Shown here one piece after another: positions 46,670 to 51,357 of a DNA stretch of 51,357 bases. The notes under the pieces are model-generated. The model searched no databases. It had not been told where the DNA came from and saw nothing but the letters and a program-made list of their open reading frames with translations. The stretch comes from an uncultured Candidatus Saccharibacteria bacterium (GTDB lineage Bacteria; Patescibacteriota; Saccharimonadia; Saccharimonadales; Saccharimonadaceae). Location of the stretch: contig CAMOIR010000001.1 of the NCBI GenBank assembly GCA_946616455.1, positions 1 through 51,357 of the forward strand, written 5' to 3'. Position 1 is the stretch's first letter. Each line of letters opens with the position of its first letter. The position numbers and the translations under genes are program-made.

Positions 46670-47854
46670 CTACTTGATAACCTTGGTAATCACGCCAGAA
46701 CCGACAGTCTTGCCACCTTCGCGGATAGCGAAACGATCTTGTTCGTTCATAGCGACAGGAGCCAACAACTTGACATTGAAGGTGACCTGATCGCCAGGCA
46801 TGACGATTTCCTTGTCGGCTGGAAGCTCAACTTCACCAGTTACATCGGTAGTACGGAAGTAGAACTGTGGCTTGTAACCCTTGGAGAATGGAGTGTGACG
46901 ACCACCTTCCTCTTTCTTCAAGATATAAACCTGTGCCTCAAATTCAGTATGAGGAGTGATAGTACCAGGCTTAGCAATTACCTGACCACGCTCGATTTGG
47001 TCACGTTCAATACCACGAAGGAGTAAACCTGCGTTATCGCCAGCTTGACCTTGATCGAGAGTCTTGTGGAAGGCTTCGATACCAGTTACAACTGACTTCT
47101 GAGTATCCCGAAGACCAACAATCTCAACTTCATCATTCAACTTGACTACACCCTGCTCAATACGACCAGTAGCAACAGTACCACGGCCCTTAATTGAGAA
47201 GACGTCCTCAATTGGCATCAAGAATGGTTTATCCAAATCGTGCTCAGGGATGTCAAAGTACTCATCCATCGCAGTGACGAGTTCCATGATAGCATCTTCA
47301 TTTTCCTTATCACCTTCGAGAGCCTTGGTGGCTGAACCCTTAATGATAGGAGCATTGTCGCCATCGAAACCATACTTGTTGAGGAGTTCGCGGACATCCA
47401 TCTCGACGAGCTCAACAAGTTCTGGATCAGCAAGATCCATTTTGTTTAAGAAAACGATAATCTTTGGTACGTTTACCTGGTGAGCCAAAAGTACGTGCTC
47501 ACGAGTCTGTGGTAAAGGACCATCGTTTGCGGCGACTACGAGGATAGCACCATCTACCTGCGCAGCACCGGTAATCATATTCTTAATGTAGTCAGCGTGA
47601 CCTGGCATATCGACGTGTGCATAGTGACGCTTTTCGGATTCATACTCCTGGTGTGAAGTTGCGATAGTGATACCGCGAGCTTTTTCCTCAGGTGCATTAT
47701 CGATTTGATCATAAGCAACTGGTTTATTAACGTCCGAAGGCAATCTCTTTGCAAGAACGCTAGTAATCGCAGCTGTTAAAGTAGTTTTACCATGGTCGAC
47801 GTGACCCATGGTACCCACATTGATGTGTGGCTTGGAACGGTCAAAATTTGCCAT
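46670..47854 (-). CDS. tuf: Elongation factor Tu
   Basis: [33 protein letters not shown]. Confidence 0.98.
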   Translation of the reverse strand: MANFDRSKPHINVGTMGHVDHGKTTLTAAITSVLAKRLPSDVNKPVAYDQIDNAPEEKARGITIATSHQEYESEKRHYAHVDMPGHADYIKNMITGAAQVDGAILVVAANDGPLPQTREHVLLAHQVNVPKIIVFLNKMDLADPELVELVEMDVRELLNKYGFDGDNAPIIKGSATKALEGDKENEDAIMELVTAMDEYFDIPEHDLDKPFLMPIEDVFSIKGRGTVATGRIEQGVVKLNDEVEIVGLRDTQKSVVTGIEAFHKTLDQGQAGDNAGLLLRGIERDQIERGQVIAKPGTITPHTEFEAQVYILKKEEGGRHTPFSKGYKPQFYFRTTDVTGEVELPADKEIVMPGDQVTFNVKLLAPVAMNEQDRFAIREGGKTVGSGVITKVIK

Positions 47855-48038
47855 TCAATCTCCTTTTTATTATTACGTCTGGAGCACTAATAAAAAACCA
47901 GCTCCAAATCTCTACAATACTATTTTAGACTATTTTCTAAAACTTGTAAAGGGTATTTTTGAAATCATAAAAATATGGTATAATATGGCATAGTAAACTG
48001 AAACGAGAGTTTGGCACTTTAGAAAGGTTGGTGATATT

Positions 48039-48242
48039 TTGCTTTTTACTGCGCTTATGATCGTATTTTTTCTGTCGTTCATTGTAATTTTCTGGCTAGG
48101 AATCATTTCTATTGTCTTATCGTTGTTTGGTGTGATCGCTATTTCCATCCCTCTTGTATTGTTCATATGGGTTCTTGGCATGGTTATTACAGTGCTGCTG
48201 TTTTTAGCAATAGTAATTCTAAACGATAAGTATAATAGATAA
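48039..48242 (+). CDS. Small hydrophobic membrane protein
   Basis: 67 aa, two TM-like helices, own TATAAT, TTG start and terminator. Confidence 0.55.
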   Translation: MLFTALMIVFFLSFIVIFWLGIISIVLSLFGVIAISIPLVLFIWVLGMVITVLLFLAIVILNDKYNR

Positions 48243-48255
48243 TTCATCACCACAA

Positions 48256-48286
48256 ACCCCCTGAATATCTCATCAGGGGGTCTTTT
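48256..48286. terminator. Terminator between convergent genes
   Basis: ACCCCCTGA/TCAGGGGGT followed by CTTTT. Confidence 0.7.
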
Positions 48287-48295
48287 CGTGTTGTT

Positions 48296-50395
48296 CTATT
48301 TTGAATTTCTCTTTTCGATTATTTCTTGAGCAACATTTGGTGGAACTTCTTCGTATGCATATAGCTCCATCGAAGAAGCAGCACGCCCTTGCGTCATACC
48401 ACGCAAATCGCCGGTGTAACCAAAGAGGTTGGCTAGAGGGCAAAATGCTTTGATAAGTTTCGCGCCGCCATTTAAATCTTCCATCTCATCGATGCGACCT
48501 CTCCTAGAATTGATATCACCAATTACGTCGCCCATAAAATCTTCTGGAGTGGTAATTTCCATTTTCATTACTGGCTCAAGTAGTACTGGGTTTGCTTTCT
48601 TGATACCTTCACGCGTAGCTAGGCTACCAGCCAAAGTGAAGGCTAGTTCTGATGAATCCACATCGTGGTAAGAACCATCGTATAGAGTAGCTTTGACATC
48701 TACGACTGGATAGCCAGCAATAACACCGCCAGCCAAAGTATCTTCGACACCTTTTTGGACTGGTTTACGGTATTCTTGTGGAACTACACCACCCTTAATC
48801 TGGTCGATAAATTCAAAGCCCTTCCCTGGTTCATTTGGCTCAAACTTGATCCATACATCACCATATTGACCGCGACCACCAGACTGCTTGATATGTTTAC
48901 CTTGTGCCTCTGCAGTGCCACGAATCGTTTCACGATAAGCTACTTGTGGTGCACCAGTGTTGGCCTCTACGCCATGCTCACGCTTCAAGCGATCGATGAT
49001 AATTTCTAGATGCAACTCACCCATACCAGAAATAATTGTTTGGCCAGTTTCTTCATCTGTATGTACACGGAAGGTTGGATCTTCTTCAGCCATCTTTGAT
49101 AAGCCAATTCCCATTTTTTCTTGGTCAGCTTTAGTCTTTGGCTCTACGGCAATAGAAACTGGTGGATCTGGGAATTCAATTGACTCCAAAAGAATCGGGT
49201 GTGCTGGACTACATAAAGTTGTACCAGTAGTACAGTTTTTTAGACCTACAACAGCAGCAATATCGCCTGCGCCAATTTCGGAAATATCCTTACGGTCATT
49301 AGCGTGCATCCTCACTAAGCGTCCAATTCGCTCTTTGTCGCCAGTGGATACATTCAGTACTGTATCGCCAGATTTAAGCTTGCCGGCATAAACACGTATA
49401 AAGATTAGTTTGCCCACAAAAGGATCAGTAGCAATCTTGAATGCAAGTGCAGTAAGTGGCTCTGAGTCATCTGCTTTACGAATAATTTGATCACCAGTTT
49501 TCGGATCAGTACCAACAGTTTGACCTTGATCGCGGTCTAGCGGTGAAGGCAAATAATCTGTCATAAGATCTAGAACTTTTTCCACAATTACACCACGACC
49601 ATCGCCGCCAGTGACTAAGAAAAAGTCACCATCAAGTACACGCTTGCGCAGAGCAGCCTTAAGCTCTTCTATTGTAATAGCATCTTCGCCCTCGTTGAAA
49701 TACTTATCCATCAAGGCTTCATCAGCCTGGACGGCTTCTTCAACTAGCATTGAGCGAGCATTTTTAGCTTTTTCAATCATATCAGCTGGAATTTCACCTA
49801 CAGTTAATTCGTGATCGGCGTAATCTTTGTAAGTGTAGGCTTTCATATCAACAAGGTCTACTACACCACAAATGTCTTTTTCAAAGCCAATAGGGAGATG
49901 AATTGCTACAGCGTTTTTGGATAAACGTTTATGGATTGAATCCAAAGATTTATAAAAGTCACCACCAATTTGGTTGATTTTATTGACAAAGCAAATACGT
50001 GGAATACCATATTTTGTGGCCTGGCGCCAAACTGTTTCAGACTGCGCCTCTACGCCCATTTTGCCATCGAATACCACTACGGCACCATCAAGTACGCGAA
50101 GGGACCTCTCTACCTCGGCTGTAAAGTCAATGTGTCCTGGTGTATCAATGATATTAATTTGGTGATTCTTCCAGTAGACGGTTACAGCAGCAGAAGTAAT
50201 CGTGATACCACGCTCCTTTTCCTGCTCCATCCAGTCAGTGTCGGCACCGCCTGTGCCACCTTTAACTAAGTCAATTTTGTGTTTTAATCCGGTACGATAT
50301 AAAATCGCTTCGGAGGTTGTGGTTTTGCCAGCATCGATATGTGCGATAATACCAATATTTCGCATATCAGCCAAGCTCTTGATTCCAGTAGCCAT
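48296..50395 (-). CDS. fusA: Elongation factor G
   Basis: [54 protein letters not shown]. Confidence 0.98.
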   Translation of the reverse strand: MATGIKSLADMRNIGIIAHIDAGKTTTSEAILYRTGLKHKIDLVKGGTGGADTDWMEQEKERGITITSAAVTVYWKNHQINIIDTPGHIDFTAEVERSLRVLDGAVVVFDGKMGVEAQSETVWRQATKYGIPRICFVNKINQIGGDFYKSLDSIHKRLSKNAVAIHLPIGFEKDICGVVDLVDMKAYTYKDYADHELTVGEIPADMIEKAKNARSMLVEEAVQADEALMDKYFNEGEDAITIEELKAALRKRVLDGDFFLVTGGDGRGVIVEKVLDLMTDYLPSPLDRDQGQTVGTDPKTGDQIIRKADDSEPLTALAFKIATDPFVGKLIFIRVYAGKLKSGDTVLNVSTGDKERIGRLVRMHANDRKDISEIGAGDIAAVVGLKNCTTGTTLCSPAHPILLESIEFPDPPVSIAVEPKTKADQEKMGIGLSKMAEEDPTFRVHTDEETGQTIISGMGELHLEIIIDRLKREHGVEANTGAPQVAYRETIRGTAEAQGKHIKQSGGRGQYGDVWIKFEPNEPGKGFEFIDQIKGGVVPQEYRKPVQKGVEDTLAGGVIAGYPVVDVKATLYDGSYHDVDSSELAFTLAGSLATREGIKKANPVLLEPVMKMEITTPEDFMGDVIGDINSRRGRIDEMEDLNGGAKLIKAFCPLANLFGYTGDLRGMTQGRAASSMELYAYEEVPPNVAQEIIEKRNSK

Positions 50396-50482
50396 ATACT
50401 CCTTTTACATTTATTATTTGTCGTTTAAAAGCTCCACGCTCAAAAACAAAACGTATTTCCCCTATTCTAGCACAGTATTTTC

Positions 50483-50514
50483 AAAAAGAAAACCCCAAAC
50501 TGATGTTTGGGGTT
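50483..50514 (-). terminator. Terminator of the 50522-51070 gene
   Basis: AACCCCAAAC/GTTTGGGGTT stem. Confidence 0.7.
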
Positions 50515-50521
50515 CTGGAAA

Positions 50522-51070
50522 CTATTCGGCTTTAGTATTGCCGTCGGTATCGGTGCCAGAAATCTCCTTCAAGATGAATTGCACGAGGAGTTTATATACT
50601 CTCTTTTGCTCTTTTACCGGGACTCCGGACCACTCGGCGAGTACTTTGTACGCCTCCCTCTTATACCAAAAGATATACTTATCGATCGGCATTCCGAGGT
50701 TCTGACTTACCAGCATCACTTTTGGCGAGAGAAATATAAATGACTTGCACCTATTGTTTTCAGGCATTCTTTCGCCAGTTGGAGAAAAGACAAGGTTGTA
50801 TCTTTCGGCCCTAGAAAGAGCCTTGGACGTTTCGTATTTGACGATTCCGCAGATCTTTTTGTAAACTCTGGGATACGAAACCTTGATCACGTTTCCATTA
50901 CTAGCAAAGATATGTCGGTAAGCGTCTTTTGATACATGATCAACGACCTCCTCGAAGTAGCGATCGAGGTCAAAGGTTTGAGCAGTTGCCCACTTCAAGA
51001 TCGTAGCTGTATCACTCCAATTTACACTATCTCTATAGTTTCCAACTATAACGTTCACTGTGTCGCCCAT
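50522..51070 (-). CDS. Hypothetical protein
   Basis: 182-aa ORF with AGGAGG SD and an upstream TGCTATAAT. Confidence 0.65.
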   Translation of the reverse strand: MGDTVNVIVGNYRDSVNWSDTATILKWATAQTFDLDRYFEEVVDHVSKDAYRHIFASNGNVIKVSYPRVYKKICGIVKYETSKALSRAERYNLVFSPTGERMPENNRCKSFIFLSPKVMLVSQNLGMPIDKYIFWYKREAYKVLAEWSGVPVKEQKRVYKLLVQFILKEISGTDTDGNTKAE

Positions 51071-51189
51071 TTTTCACCCTCCTTTTTCTTGTGGCCTACA
51101 CAACTCTACTATTATAGCACAAAACCACAAAAAAATCAAGTATACTGTAATATCTCAGAAAAATCGCAACATGTGTAGCCTCTATTTAT

Positions 51190-51223
51190 AAAAATAGATT
51201 GGGTATAACCCAATCTATTTTTT
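51190..51223. terminator. Bidirectional terminator-like hairpin
   Basis: AAAAATAGATTGGGT-ATA-ACCCAATCTATTTTT. Confidence 0.75.
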
Positions 51224-51239
51224 CCTATAGAATCTGGTA

Positions 51240-51356
51240 TTATTTACCAAAATCAATCTTTTTACGGAAGAATTTTGGCATAAGACTGATAAGGAGTAAG
51301 CTAGCAAGAGCTACAACTGTAGAAATTGAGATAATAGTAAACTCCGCATTATTTCC
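51240..51356 (-). CDS. C-terminal fragment of a membrane protein (truncated by window edge)
   Basis: Open frame GNNAEFTIISISTVVALASLLLISLMPKFFRKKIDFGK* followed by a terminator. Confidence 0.5.
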   Translation of the reverse strand, partial: GNNAEFTIISISTVVALASLLLISLMPKFFRKKIDFGK

Positions 51357-51357
51357 T

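Noticed and set aside
46739-50705. Long antisense ORFs over tuf and fusA
   Set aside because: Typical reverse-strand shadows of highly biased genes, with no independent signals.

Overview
Chromosomal segment of a small-genome bacterium, most likely a gut or rumen Saccharibacteria (TM7, Patescibacteria/CPR). This placement is inferred from gene content: an mraZ-less dcw cluster, a sigma70-r4/HARE-HTH protein, a VirD4-like ATPase, DUF3048/PEGA/sortase genes, FemABX genes, a FISUMP protein and many apparently leaderless genes. Most of the window is housekeeping (priA, recJ, rsmH-ftsL-ftsI-mraY-ftsW-murG-ftsQ, topA, dprA, pth, der, gltX, murF, rpsJ, tuf, fusA, tRNA-Glu, tRNA-Leu) interspersed with single-gene orphan cassettes. 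Main oddities: (1) topA has two large internal segments swapped relative to the canonical type IA order. (2) Both tRNAs are followed by homologous hairpin elements that end in a copy of the tRNA 3' end split at the T-loop. (3) Related long imperfect palindromes lie between convergent genes. (4) The FISUMP gene's 3' end looks like a DGR variable region with no TR or RT in view. (5) There are two ~300-nt promoter-driven structured non-coding regions and a 21-aa SD-led peptide followed by a hairpin array. (6) A dif-like site and clustered TGTTCGG motifs bracket the dcw cluster. (7) A Bifidobacterium-type bile salt hydrolase is present. All calls come from reading the sequence by eye; no database search or folding program was run.
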